From positions 704,001-768,000 of the forward strand of contig OY781089.1 in the NCBI GenBank assembly GCA_963676565.1: a DNA stretch of 64,000 nucleotides. The letters are read 5' to 3'. Within the stretch, counting starts at the first letter, position 1. Each line of letters begins with the position of its first letter. The DNA comes from Halarcobacter sp. Its GTDB lineage: Bacteria; Campylobacterota; Campylobacteria; Campylobacterales; Arcobacteraceae. Below are positions 18,630-28,453 of this stretch, one piece after another. Under the pieces are notes generated by a model. That model did no database searches, had not been told where the DNA came from, and saw only the letters and a program-made list of their open reading frames with translations. The position numbers and the translations under genes are program-made.

Positions 18630-18968
18630 ATGGCAAAAGTTATTTTTATGCATTTTGATACTGAATCAGATGGTGTTTATGATGCAAAGATTGGTGAGCC
18701 TATCATTAGGTTAGCAAAGGAGAAAGGGATTCCTCTTCCTGCGGATTTAAAAGATTATTCTAAATGTTTAATTAAGGTTGAAAATTTGGCTGATGAAGAA
18801 CCTACAAGCTATATGGAAGATGAAGAACTAGAAGTATTAGTTGAACTTGGTGCTATTACAGAAGATGAAGCACATCAGTGTCAACAATTCACTATAAGTC
18901 CAAAAATTAGAATAGCACCTATGATGTTAGTTAAGGGTGATATTTTAGTTAAACCATATTCACTATAG
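18630..18968 (+). CDS. 2Fe-2S-ferredoxin-fold protein lacking most cluster ligands
   Basis: GEPIIRLAKEKGIPLP...CLIKV...RIAP...VKGDILVKP follows the beta-grasp ferredoxin layout; AAGGAG RBS. Confidence 0.55.
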   Translation: MAKVIFMHFDTESDGVYDAKIGEPIIRLAKEKGIPLPADLKDYSKCLIKVENLADEEPTSYMEDEELEVLVELGAITEDEAHQCQQFTISPKIRIAPMMLVKGDILVKPYSL

Positions 18969-18984
18969 TAATAAATTGAAGTAT

Positions 18985-19138
18985 TAAAAGAGTAACTCGC
19001 AACGGTACCCTTAAAAAATGTCCATTTTTTAAGGAATCCGATGCTCTCTTTAGGATTTTGCTACTTTTTATCTTCACTGCGTTTGCTACAAGACTGCGCT
19101 ATGAAGAAGGATTTTTTATAAATCCTGCTAAAAAGTAG
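18985..19138 (+). other. Structured intergenic element (candidate cis-regulatory RNA or REP/MITE-like repeat)
   Basis: Nested inverted repeats at 19009-19034, 19061-19070/19129-19138, 19071-19076/19102-19107 and 19108-19114/19120-19126. Confidence 0.5.
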
Positions 19139-19190
19139 ATAAATATGAAAAGGTCCCTTTAAAATTGGGACAATTTAAAAGGAAACAAAA

Positions 19191-19487
19191 ATGACAACAA
19201 GAGTAGAGATAGTAAATGATTTTTTAGCTATTAATGTTAAACCAGGAAGTACAATTCAAGATGTAGTTGAAGCATCTGGTTCAGCTTTACCATTTGGGTG
19301 TAGAGATGGTGAGTGTGGAACATGTGTAGTTGAGATTGAGCAAGGTATGGAATTTTTATCTGATATCAATGAAAAAGAGATAAAAGTTATTAATGAAGTT
19401 TGTGCAGGAACTTGTACTGAAAAGACAAGACTTTCTTGTCAAATGAAAATAGTTAAACCTAACGGTATCGTTAGAATTAAGTATTAA
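19191..19487 (+). CDS. 2Fe-2S ferredoxin
   Basis: GCRDGECGTC...RLSCQ. Confidence 0.93.
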   Translation: MTTRVEIVNDFLAINVKPGSTIQDVVEASGSALPFGCRDGECGTCVVEIEQGMEFLSDINEKEIKVINEVCAGTCTEKTRLSCQMKIVKPNGIVRIKY

Positions 19488-19500
19488 AAAATATACACTT

Positions 19501-19533
19501 TTTTGTCTAAATTCGTTTAGAATTTAGGCAAAA
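19501..19533 (+). other. Hairpin immediately upstream of the rpoN RBS
   Basis: TTTTGTCTAAATTC-gttta-GAATTTAGGCAAAA. Confidence 0.6.
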
Positions 19534-19540
19534 TAGGACT

Positions 19541-20794
19541 ATGAGTATGGCACCTACATTATCAACATCAGTTGCACAAAAACAAAATCTTAATTTATCA
19601 CTTAAAATGTGGTTACCAATGTTGCAGTCATCACTGCAAGACCTAGAGAAACACCTAACAAATGTATCTTATGAAAACCCATTTTTAGAGATTAAAAAGC
19701 CAAAAGAGTTTTATAATAACTTTATGCCACAAGGAACAAGTGGAGAGTTTATTGAATCTTTAGCTTTATATGATGAATCATTACATGATAAAATCAGTGA
19801 ACAAATTTGTGCACCAAATTTTCCAACACCAAATTCACAAAAAGTTGCAATGGAGATTTTATGTGACATAAATGAAGATGGATATTTTGATGGAGATATT
19901 GAAAAGATTGCTGTAACATGTGGAGTATATAAAGAGTATGTTGAATCAATTAGACAAAGGTTTTCAAGACTAGAGCCATCTGGAGTTGCTTCAATGAACT
20001 TATCAGAATCATTTGAATTTCAATTAGATGCTTGTGATAAAGATATTGATGATGAGCTTTATAATTTTATTAAAAAAGTTGTAAAAGATATTGCTCACTT
20101 AGATAAATATGCTGCTCACCATAGATTTGATGATGCAAAGGATGTTATAAAATACTTTAATAATCCACCAGCAATCAATTATCTAAATACAAATACTCAG
20201 GTTATTCCTGATTTTTATGTGGATATTGGTGAAGATATTAATGTTAAGATTAATCACGCTTATTATCCTGATATTGAGGTAAAAGATCCTTTTTCTTCGA
20301 AGAATCAAAGTATAAAAGATAAACTAAAAGAAGCAAGGGATTTAGTAAATCTTTTAAATCTAAGAAAATCAACTTTATACAAAATTGTACTGTTAATTGT
20401 GGAGAAACAAATTTCATTTTTTGTTGGAGGAGAACTTAAACCTTTTTCAATGCAAGAATTAGCAGGAGAGCTAGGTTTTGCAGAATCAACAATAAGTAGA
20501 GCAGTTGCAAATAAACATATAGAGTGTAACCTTGGAATTTTTCCATTAAAACATTTTTTCACTAATGCTGTAAATGATAAAGATTTATCTTCATCTCAAA
20601 TTAAAAGTTATATTAAATCTCTAGTTGAATATGAAAAAAGAGAAACACCACTTACAGATCAACAGATATTAGAAATGATTTATGAAAAGTTTGATTTGAA
20701 AATGGTTAGAAGAACTATCACTAAATATAGAAAGATGTTAAATATTCCCTCTTCAAAAGAGAGAAAGAAACTTTATAAGGTAGAAAACCTATAA
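19541..20794 (+). CDS. rpoN: RNA polymerase sigma-54 factor
   Basis: ENPFLE, ESTISRAVANK HTH, RpoN box variant VRRTITKYR. Confidence 0.96.
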   Translation: MSMAPTLSTSVAQKQNLNLSLKMWLPMLQSSLQDLEKHLTNVSYENPFLEIKKPKEFYNNFMPQGTSGEFIESLALYDESLHDKISEQICAPNFPTPNSQKVAMEILCDINEDGYFDGDIEKIAVTCGVYKEYVESIRQRFSRLEPSGVASMNLSESFEFQLDACDKDIDDELYNFIKKVVKDIAHLDKYAAHHRFDDAKDVIKYFNNPPAINYLNTNTQVIPDFYVDIGEDINVKINHAYYPDIEVKDPFSSKNQSIKDKLKEARDLVNLLNLRKSTLYKIVLLIVEKQISFFVGGELKPFSMQELAGELGFAESTISRAVANKHIECNLGIFPLKHFFTNAVNDKDLSSSQIKSYIKSLVEYEKRETPLTDQQILEMIYEKFDLKMVRRTITKYRKMLNIPSSKERKKLYKVENL

Positions 20795-20799
20795 GTATC

Positions 20800-21429
20800 T
20801 TAAGAATTGTTACTTTCTAATGTGGACAAAAAATCTTTTTTATAAGACTTGGCAATACAATCCAAGTTTAAAATCTCATCTATAATTCTTTTATCACTTG
20901 GTGGAGTTTTTAAATAGTTACTTAAATCTTTTATTGACAAATTTGAAACTCTTTTTTCTAAAACCATTTTATCTTCAATATTAATAACACCTTCTTTTAG
21001 TACTCTCACATACCAACCAGTTGCATGATGTTCATTTATGTACCTTTTAACCTCTTTTGAAAAAAGTGCACCTATTTTCCAGCAAGGTTGTCTTGGTTGG
21101 GTTACTTCAAGTTTAACTTCTCCAATTTTGTAAATATCCCCTACACAGATGTCAACTTCACTTACATCTTCAAGTAAAATATTACATCCTATAGCTAGTT
21201 TATCAAAGTCTTCATTTATTTGTAAATGTTTATATGCACCAAAATGTATTGCTTTATCAACTCCACCATGAAATCTTTTATCAACTTGGAAATCTCCTTC
21301 AAGTCCTAATTTATTTACTTTTATTTTATTTACAAAATTATCTTTTTTGTAGGCACTTTCAAACTCTTTTTGCCCAAATTTGTATTGTTTTGCTTTTCCA
21401 AATGCAATACTTTTAATTGTACTTTCCAT
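20800..21429 (-). CDS. MOSC-domain protein (YiiM-like)
   Basis: GLEGD...HGGVDKA, EVTQPRQPCWK, GWYVRVLKEG. Confidence 0.9.
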   Translation of the reverse strand: MESTIKSIAFGKAKQYKFGQKEFESAYKKDNFVNKIKVNKLGLEGDFQVDKRFHGGVDKAIHFGAYKHLQINEDFDKLAIGCNILLEDVSEVDICVGDIYKIGEVKLEVTQPRQPCWKIGALFSKEVKRYINEHHATGWYVRVLKEGVINIEDKMVLEKRVSNLSIKDLSNYLKTPPSDKRIIDEILNLDCIAKSYKKDFLSTLESNNS

Positions 21430-21453
21430 ATTATTAATCTACCTTATTATTAA

Positions 21454-22047
21454 TTATTCACATTTAGTGTTCTTTAAAATCACATCCTCTTTTTTTAAAC
21501 TCTCACATTGAGCTTTTGTTAAAATTGAATCTTCAAACATAGCTTTAAATCCTAAAATATTTTCTAAAGAAACTAATCTTAGATCGTTTTCTAAAAACTT
21601 AGCTTCGGCAATTCGTGAACCATTCATATTAACCTCTTTTAAAGTAGCTTCTTGAAATAGTGCATCCCATAAATTTGCATTTTTAAAAGAAGTATTTGAT
21701 ATCTCACTAAATTGAAATCTTACAGCTTTAAATATACTATCTTCAAAATTAGAGTTTGAAATTATAGCACCTTCAAAGTTTGCTAATCTAAAATTAGAGT
21801 TTATACCTTTTACATTTTCAAGTGTTGCTCCCCAAAAATTTGCAAAAGCAAAATTGGATAAAGAGATATTTGAACCACTTAAATTAGATTCACTTAGATT
21901 GGCTTTTTGTAAATTAAGTCCAGAAAGATTTGCATTGGTTAAATCACACCCTATACAAGAGTTAGTTTCTTTTAGTTTTTGTAAGTGTATTTTATCAAAA
22001 GAGAAAAGGGAACTAATTAAAAACAAGAAAATTAAAAGATATCTCAT
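21454..22047 (-). CDS. Exported pentapeptide-repeat protein
   Basis: Signal peptide, CIGCDL, A(N/D)LxG-type five-residue repeats. Confidence 0.9.
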   Translation of the reverse strand: MRYLLIFLFLISSLFSFDKIHLQKLKETNSCIGCDLTNANLSGLNLQKANLSESNLSGSNISLSNFAFANFWGATLENVKGINSNFRLANFEGAIISNSNFEDSIFKAVRFQFSEISNTSFKNANLWDALFQEATLKEVNMNGSRIAEAKFLENDLRLVSLENILGFKAMFEDSILTKAQCESLKKEDVILKNTKCE

Positions 22048-22427
22048 TGATTAACCTTTGATGCAAAATCTAAAAACTGTTCTTTTTTCATACCACCCAT
22101 CTTTTTCTTTAAAACATTTTCTCCATCTTTAGAGATATAAAATCTAGGAATCCCCCAAAATTGCATTTGCTCTGGGATATTTTTGTCTTTAATATCAAGA
22201 TCTACAGCTACATAATTTTTATTAATATAGTTTGAAACTTCATCCTGTGTGAAAATATGCTTTTTCATATAATTACATTCAGGGCAGGTTTTAGAACTAA
22301 TCATTACAAGAAGTTCTTTATTTTCAGATTTTGATTTTTCCAATGCTTTGTTGTAGTCTTTTTCAAAATTAATTGAAGCTAACAAGGAGATAGCAGAAAT
22401 AATAGATATTAATAAAAGCTTTACCAT
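22044..22427 (-). CDS. Exported thioredoxin-fold protein (SoxW-like)
   Basis: Signal peptide, CPEC, WGIPR cis-Pro loop. Confidence 0.85.
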   Translation of the reverse strand: MVKLLLISIISAISLLASINFEKDYNKALEKSKSENKELLVMISSKTCPECNYMKKHIFTQDEVSNYINKNYVAVDLDIKDKNIPEQMQFWGIPRFYISKDGENVLKKKMGGMKKEQFLDFASKVNQ

Positions 22428-22539
22428 TTGTAGTCCCTTAATTGTTTTTTATAATCATAGGACTTATTTAATTAGGAAGTTTATAAATTGTAAAACTAAA
22501 TAAAAATTTAAAGTTAAATATGAATATTTACTTTAACTC

Positions 22540-22755
22540 TTAAGAAGCAATTTTAAAAAGTAAGTCATCAACTTGAAGTTCTAGTCTTGCAATAACTTTT
22601 TTTATATCTGTATCACTAAGGTATTTATTATCTTCCATTGTTTTTTTATATCTATAGGAAATATAATTGATATCATTAACTAAATCATTTGTGATTTCAA
22701 AGTTTTTTCTTTTTAATAAATTGTTTAATTCATCAAATTTTTTTTCAAACATCAT
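22540..22755 (-). CDS. Small hypothetical protein divergent from nifH
   Basis: AGGAG RBS (22761-22765, minus strand) supports a start at MMFEKK. Confidence 0.6.
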   Translation of the reverse strand: MMFEKKFDELNNLLKRKNFEITNDLVNDINYISYRYKKTMEDNKYLSDTDIKKVIARLELQVDDLLFKIAS

Positions 22756-23026
22756 TATTTCTCCTTTTTCTTTTAAAAATAATATCATTAAATAATACTT
22801 CAAAAGTATCATTATAGATTTTTAAGGAGTACCTTTTTGATATTTTTTTAAATTCAAAAATTCAAAAATTTACACTTTTTTACAAAATTTACACTCAAAA
22901 AACAAATGTGTAAATAAGATAAATTTTATCTTATTTTAAGAATTTCGAAATTTTTTTTTAAATTTAATCCCATAAAATGGGGCTTTATTGAAAATTTCAA
23001 ATTTTTTCTTTTCTTTTTTACTCTTG

Positions 23027-23042
23027 TGGAACACTTAGTGCA
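23027..23042 (+). promoter_or_regulatory. sigma-54 promoter of nifHDK
   Basis: TGGAACACTTAGTGCA. Confidence 0.88.
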
Positions 23043-23064
23043 TTAATCATTTTCGTAAATATGA

Positions 23065-23991
<927 letters not shown>

Positions 23992-23997
23992 GCTTAG

Positions 23998-24035
23998 CCT
24001 TTAAAAGTCATTGATTTTTAAAGGGACTTTGTCCC
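23998..24035 (+). other. Overlapping hairpins after nifH (possible mRNA stabiliser)
   Basis: CCTTTAAAAGTCA-t-TGATTTTTAAAGG overlapping GGGAC-ttt-GTCCC. Confidence 0.55.
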
Positions 24036-24076
24036 AAATAAATAAGATTAAAAAAATAAAAAAATAGGAGAAGAAA

Positions 24077-24436
24077 ATGTTTATATGTGGATACCACTTT
24101 CCAGCAAGTGAAGGAAATGATGTAGCTTTTGATAAAGTTGTAGAAAAAATTGAAGATGGTTTAGAGGCAACAGGTAAAACTGTAACTCTTACAAGTGAAA
24201 CTAGAGAGGGTGTATTATTAGAAACTCTTGAAGTATCTGAAGGTACATTTCTTCATAAAGCACTAGTTGATTACTATGTAAACACTGAGTGTAAAGAAAA
24301 AGATGGTTTCAAAATGATGTATTATACAAACAAATACCAAATTGCTGAAATCTCTAAATCTGTTGATGGTGAAGCTACAAAAGAGCTTTGTAAAAAATTA
24401 GATGACATGAATCTATACAGGGTAAAAGTAGCTTAA
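24077..24436 (+). CDS. Hypothetical protein between nifH and nifD
   Basis: 119 aa, AGGAG RBS, same strand, inside the structural operon. Confidence 0.8.
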   Translation: MFICGYHFPASEGNDVAFDKVVEKIEDGLEATGKTVTLTSETREGVLLETLEVSEGTFLHKALVDYYVNTECKEKDGFKMMYYTNKYQIAEISKSVDGEATKELCKKLDDMNLYRVKVA

Positions 24437-24468
24437 TAATCTTAAGCCTAAATATAAAAGGAGAAGAG

Positions 24469-25926
24469 ATGGGACCAGAAACATTAGAGAGTCTACAACA
24501 AGAAGCTATTGCTGAGGTACTTGAAGCATATCCAGCAAAAGCTGCAAAAAATAGAGCAAAACACTTAGGTGTTGATACACCAGAAGGTGTAAAAGGTGCT
24601 TGTGATAAAACAAGATCAAACAAACAAACAGTACCAGGAGTTATGTCGCAAAGAGGTTGTGCTTATGCGGGTTCTAAAGGGGTTGTTTGGGGACCAATTA
24701 AAGATATGATTCATATTTCTCACGGACCTATTGGATGTGGACAATATTCAAGAGGTGGTAGAAGAAACTATTATATTGGTACTACAGGTGTTGATACGTT
24801 TGTTACAATGAATTTCTCAACTGATTTTAACGAAAAAGATATCGTATTTGGTGGTGATAAAAAATTAAAGAAAGCTTTAGAAGAGATTGATGAATTATTC
24901 CCACTAAATAATGGTGTATCTATTCAGTCAGAGTGTCCAATTGGATTAATTGGGGACGATATTCAAGCAGTTGCAAAAGTTCACAAAAAAGAAACAGGTA
25001 ATCAAACAATTGCTGTTTCATGTGAAGGGTTTAGAGGGGTTTCACAATCTCTTGGTCACCACATTGCAAACGATATGATTAGAGATCACGTTATGCCAGA
25101 TGCATCATATAGAAAAGACTTAGATTCTACAGAATATGATGTATCAATTATTGGAGACTATAACATCGGTGGAGATGCTTGGTCTACAAGAATTATCTTA
25201 GAAGAGATGGGATTAAGAGTTATCTCTCAATGGTCTGGTGATGCTACTTATAAAGAGATTGCAAATGGACCAAAAGCAAAATTAAACTTACTTCATTGTT
25301 ATAGATCTATGAACTATATTTCAAGACACATGGAGCAAGAGTTTGGTATTCCTTGGATGGAATATAACTTCTTTGGACCAAGTAAAACTACTGAGTCTAT
25401 TAGAAAAATCGCTTCATTCTTCGATGAATCAATCCAAGAAAAAGCTGAAGCTGTAATTGCTAAATATACTAAAATGACTGATGAAGTTATTGCTAAATAT
25501 AAGCCAAAATTAGAGGGTAAAAAAGTTATGCTTTATGTTGGTGGATTAAGACCAAGACACGTTATTGGTGCTTATGAAGATTTAGGAATGGAAGTTATTG
25601 GTACTGGTTATGAGTTCGGACATGGTGATGATTATAAAAGAACTAAAGAAGATTTAGGAAGATCAACAGTTATCTATGACGATGCTAACGAATATGAGTT
25701 AGAACAATTTGTTAAAAAATTAAGACCAGACTTAGTTGCAGCTGGGGTAAAAGAGAAATATGTATTCCAAAAAATGGGTTTACCATTTAGACAAATGCAC
25801 TCTTGGGATTATTCTGGACCATACCATGGGTATGATGCATTTGCAATTTTTGCAAAAGATATGGATTTAGCTATGAACTCTCCTGTATGGGCTCATACTA
25901 CAGCTCCATGGGAAAAAGAAGCGTAA
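24469..25926 (+). CDS. nifD: Nitrogenase MoFe protein alpha chain
   Basis: [34 protein letters not shown]. Confidence 0.99.
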   Translation: MGPETLESLQQEAIAEVLEAYPAKAAKNRAKHLGVDTPEGVKGACDKTRSNKQTVPGVMSQRGCAYAGSKGVVWGPIKDMIHISHGPIGCGQYSRGGRRNYYIGTTGVDTFVTMNFSTDFNEKDIVFGGDKKLKKALEEIDELFPLNNGVSIQSECPIGLIGDDIQAVAKVHKKETGNQTIAVSCEGFRGVSQSLGHHIANDMIRDHVMPDASYRKDLDSTEYDVSIIGDYNIGGDAWSTRIILEEMGLRVISQWSGDATYKEIANGPKAKLNLLHCYRSMNYISRHMEQEFGIPWMEYNFFGPSKTTESIRKIASFFDESIQEKAEAVIAKYTKMTDEVIAKYKPKLEGKKVMLYVGGLRPRHVIGAYEDLGMEVIGTGYEFGHGDDYKRTKEDLGRSTVIYDDANEYELEQFVKKLRPDLVAAGVKEKYVFQKMGLPFRQMHSWDYSGPYHGYDAFAIFAKDMDLAMNSPVWAHTTAPWEKEA

Positions 25927-25937
25927 GGAGAAGTGTT

Positions 25938-27485
25938 ATGCAAGACGTAGAAAATATAGTAAACGGACAAAAACTATTCTTAAAACCTGAATATCAACAA
26001 GTTTTAAAGAATAAGAAAGAATTTGAAGGGGCTGCTGGTGCAGTTGCTCCTGAAAAAGTAGCAGAAATTGCTGAGTGGACAAAATCTTGGGATTATAGAG
26101 AGAAAAACTTGAGCCGAGAAGCAATTACTGTAAATCCAGCTAAAGCATGTCAACCTTTAGGTGCTGTTATGGTTGGATTAGGTTTTGAAAACACTATGCC
26201 TTATGTTCATGGTTCTCATGGATGTGTTGCATATTTTAGAACATATTTTACTAGACACTTTAAAGAACCAACTCCATGCGTTTCTGACTCAATGTCTGAA
26301 TCTGCAGCGGTATTTGGTGGTTTAGCAAATATGAAAGATGGTTTAAGAAACTGTAATGCTTTATATAAACCTGAAATGATTGCAGTATCTACTACTTGTA
26401 TGGCAGAAGTTATCGGTGATGACTTAAATGCCTTTATTACAGGTGCTAGAGAAGATGCTGAAGGTGAATTAGATAATATCGAAATCCCTTATGCACATAC
26501 TCCTTCATTTGTTGGGTCTCATATTACAGGTTATGATAATATGATGAAATCTACTTTAGAACAGTTAAACCCAACTAAATCTGAAGCAGTTTTAGATGAA
26601 GAAAGAATTAATATCATTCCAGGTTTTGAACCATATTTAGGATCTTTAAGAGAAATCAAAAAAATCTCTAAATTATTTGGTGATAAAATCATTATGATTG
26701 GTGACCATGAAGAGCAATGGGATACAGGAGCTGGTAAATATTCTATGTACGCAGGTGGTACTTCAATTGCAGATGCTAAAACAGCAATTAATGCAAAAGC
26801 AACTATCTCTTTACAAAAATATTCAACAGTTGCAACTGCTAAAACTATTAAAAACAAATGGAAACAAGACTTTGCTACTTGTAACCCAATTGGATTAAGT
26901 GGTACTGATGCCTTTGTTATGAAGTTAGCTGAATTAACTGGTAAAGATGTTCCTGAAGAATTAAAAGTTCAAAGAGCTAGATTAGTTGATGCAATGCAAG
27001 ATTCATATCCATATATGCATGGTAAGAAAATTGCAATCTGGGGAGATCCTGATTTCCTATTAGGAATGGTTTCATTCTTAATTGAAATGGGTGCGATTCC
27101 AACTCATATCGTATGTCACAATGCTCCAAGAAAAGGTTGGGCTGATGATATGAATGCTATCATTGAAAAATCAAATGCAAAAGATGAAATCAATGTATGG
27201 CCAGGTAAAGACCTTTGGGCATTAAGATCGTTATTATTTACAGAGCCAGTAGACTTTATGATTGGTAATGTTTATGGTAAAGAACTTTACAGAGATACAA
27301 AAATTCCATTAATCAGAATTGGTTTCCCAATTTTTGATAGACACCATTTACATAGATACTCAATGAGTGGATATGAAGGTGCATTAAATCTATTAACATG
27401 GATTACAAATGGTATTTTAGATCAACTAGATGAAGAGACTAAAGATATTGCCGAAACAGATTATTTCTTCGATTCTGTAAGATAA
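25938..27485 (+). CDS. nifK: Nitrogenase MoFe protein beta chain
   Basis: NPAKACQPLG, HGSHGC, TTCMAEVIGDD, GFPIFDRHH; AAGGAG RBS supports ATG at 25938. Confidence 0.99.
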   Translation: MQDVENIVNGQKLFLKPEYQQVLKNKKEFEGAAGAVAPEKVAEIAEWTKSWDYREKNLSREAITVNPAKACQPLGAVMVGLGFENTMPYVHGSHGCVAYFRTYFTRHFKEPTPCVSDSMSESAAVFGGLANMKDGLRNCNALYKPEMIAVSTTCMAEVIGDDLNAFITGAREDAEGELDNIEIPYAHTPSFVGSHITGYDNMMKSTLEQLNPTKSEAVLDEERINIIPGFEPYLGSLREIKKISKLFGDKIIMIGDHEEQWDTGAGKYSMYAGGTSIADAKTAINAKATISLQKYSTVATAKTIKNKWKQDFATCNPIGLSGTDAFVMKLAELTGKDVPEELKVQRARLVDAMQDSYPYMHGKKIAIWGDPDFLLGMVSFLIEMGAIPTHIVCHNAPRKGWADDMNAIIEKSNAKDEINVWPGKDLWALRSLLFTEPVDFMIGNVYGKELYRDTKIPLIRIGFPIFDRHHLHRYSMSGYEGALNLLTWITNGILDQLDEETKDIAETDYFFDSVR

Positions 27486-27507
27486 TCAAGATATTAATCT
27501 GAAAATT

Positions 27508-27537
27508 AACTAGAGGGATTCCCTTCTAGTTTTTTTT
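27508..27537 (+). terminator. Rho-independent terminator of nifHDK
   Basis: AACTAGAGGG-attc-CCTTCTAGTT followed by a T-run. Confidence 0.85.
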
Positions 27538-27542
27538 AATAT

Positions 27543-27570
27543 ACCGTTATATACTAAGGTAAACAATGGT
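27543..27570 (+). promoter_or_regulatory. ModE box (weaker, upstream)
   Basis: ACCGTTATATA-N6-TAAACAATGGT. Confidence 0.65.
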
Positions 27571-27608
27571 ATGATTTTGTTTCGAGCTTTTGCTCTTTTT
27601 TTTAATAT

Positions 27609-27636
27609 ATCGTTATATACCTAGATATATAACAAT
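27609..27636 (+). promoter_or_regulatory. ModE box abutting the modE RBS
   Basis: ATCGTTATATA-N6-TATATAACAAT matches ATCGNTATATA-N6-TATATANCGAT. Confidence 0.9.
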
Positions 27637-27647
27637 AAGGAAAAACA

Positions 27648-28430
27648 ATGGAATTTACTTCATCACTTGCTATTTTAAATTCTCAAACCCCATTTCTTCT
27701 TGAAAAAAGAATTAAACTTTTAAAGGAGATTGCAATAGTCGGGTCAATCTCAAAAGCAGCTAAAAATGTTCCTATGAGCTATAAAACTGCTTGGGAAGCC
27801 ATTGATACTATAAACAATCTATGTCCTGAAAAAGTTGTAACAAAAGAAACTGGTGGAGTTGGTGGAGGTGGAGCAAAATTAACACCCTATGGAAAAAATC
27901 TAATTGAAACCTATGAAAAAGTTCAATATGAACATGAGAAGTTTTTAAAAACTCTCTCAAATTTAACAGATTTCAACACAGGAAGTTTAAAATCACTTCG
28001 AAGGATAAATATGCAATTAAGTACAAGAAATCAAATACAAGGTATAGTTGAACTTATTAACAAAGGGGGAGTTAACTCAGAAGTTTTTATAAAACTTAAA
28101 AGTGGATATACCCTTGTGGCAATTATTACTAATAGTGCAGTTGATTCACTAGATCTTGCGATTGGAGATGAGGTGACTTCTTTATTTAAATCAAGTTCAG
28201 TTTTAGTAACTACAGATTGTAGTTTAACAATTAGTGCAAGAAATAAACTACAAGGAAAAGTTACAAATATAACTGATGGAGAAGTAAATTCAGAAGTTAG
28301 TATTGATATTGGTAATGGTGATATTGTTGCATCAATAATTACCTCAGATTCTGTAAGAAGCCTAGGTTTAAAGGTTTCAGATGAGGTTAGTGCTGTAATA
28401 AAAGCTAGTGATGTAATGATTGGAAAATAA
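27648..28430 (+). CDS. modE: Molybdate-responsive regulator ModE
   Basis: GSISKAAK..MSYKTAW wHTH plus two TOBE repeats (STRNQ, SARNK). Confidence 0.95.
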   Translation: MEFTSSLAILNSQTPFLLEKRIKLLKEIAIVGSISKAAKNVPMSYKTAWEAIDTINNLCPEKVVTKETGGVGGGGAKLTPYGKNLIETYEKVQYEHEKFLKTLSNLTDFNTGSLKSLRRINMQLSTRNQIQGIVELINKGGVNSEVFIKLKSGYTLVAIITNSAVDSLDLAIGDEVTSLFKSSSVLVTTDCSLTISARNKLQGKVTNITDGEVNSEVSIDIGNGDIVASIITSDSVRSLGLKVSDEVSAVIKASDVMIGK

Positions 28431-28453
28431 AAAATAAGAAAAAAGGAAAATAG

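Noticed and set aside
21600..21950. Short periodic repeats
   Set aside because: Explained by pentapeptide-repeat coding; not a CRISPR array or VNTR
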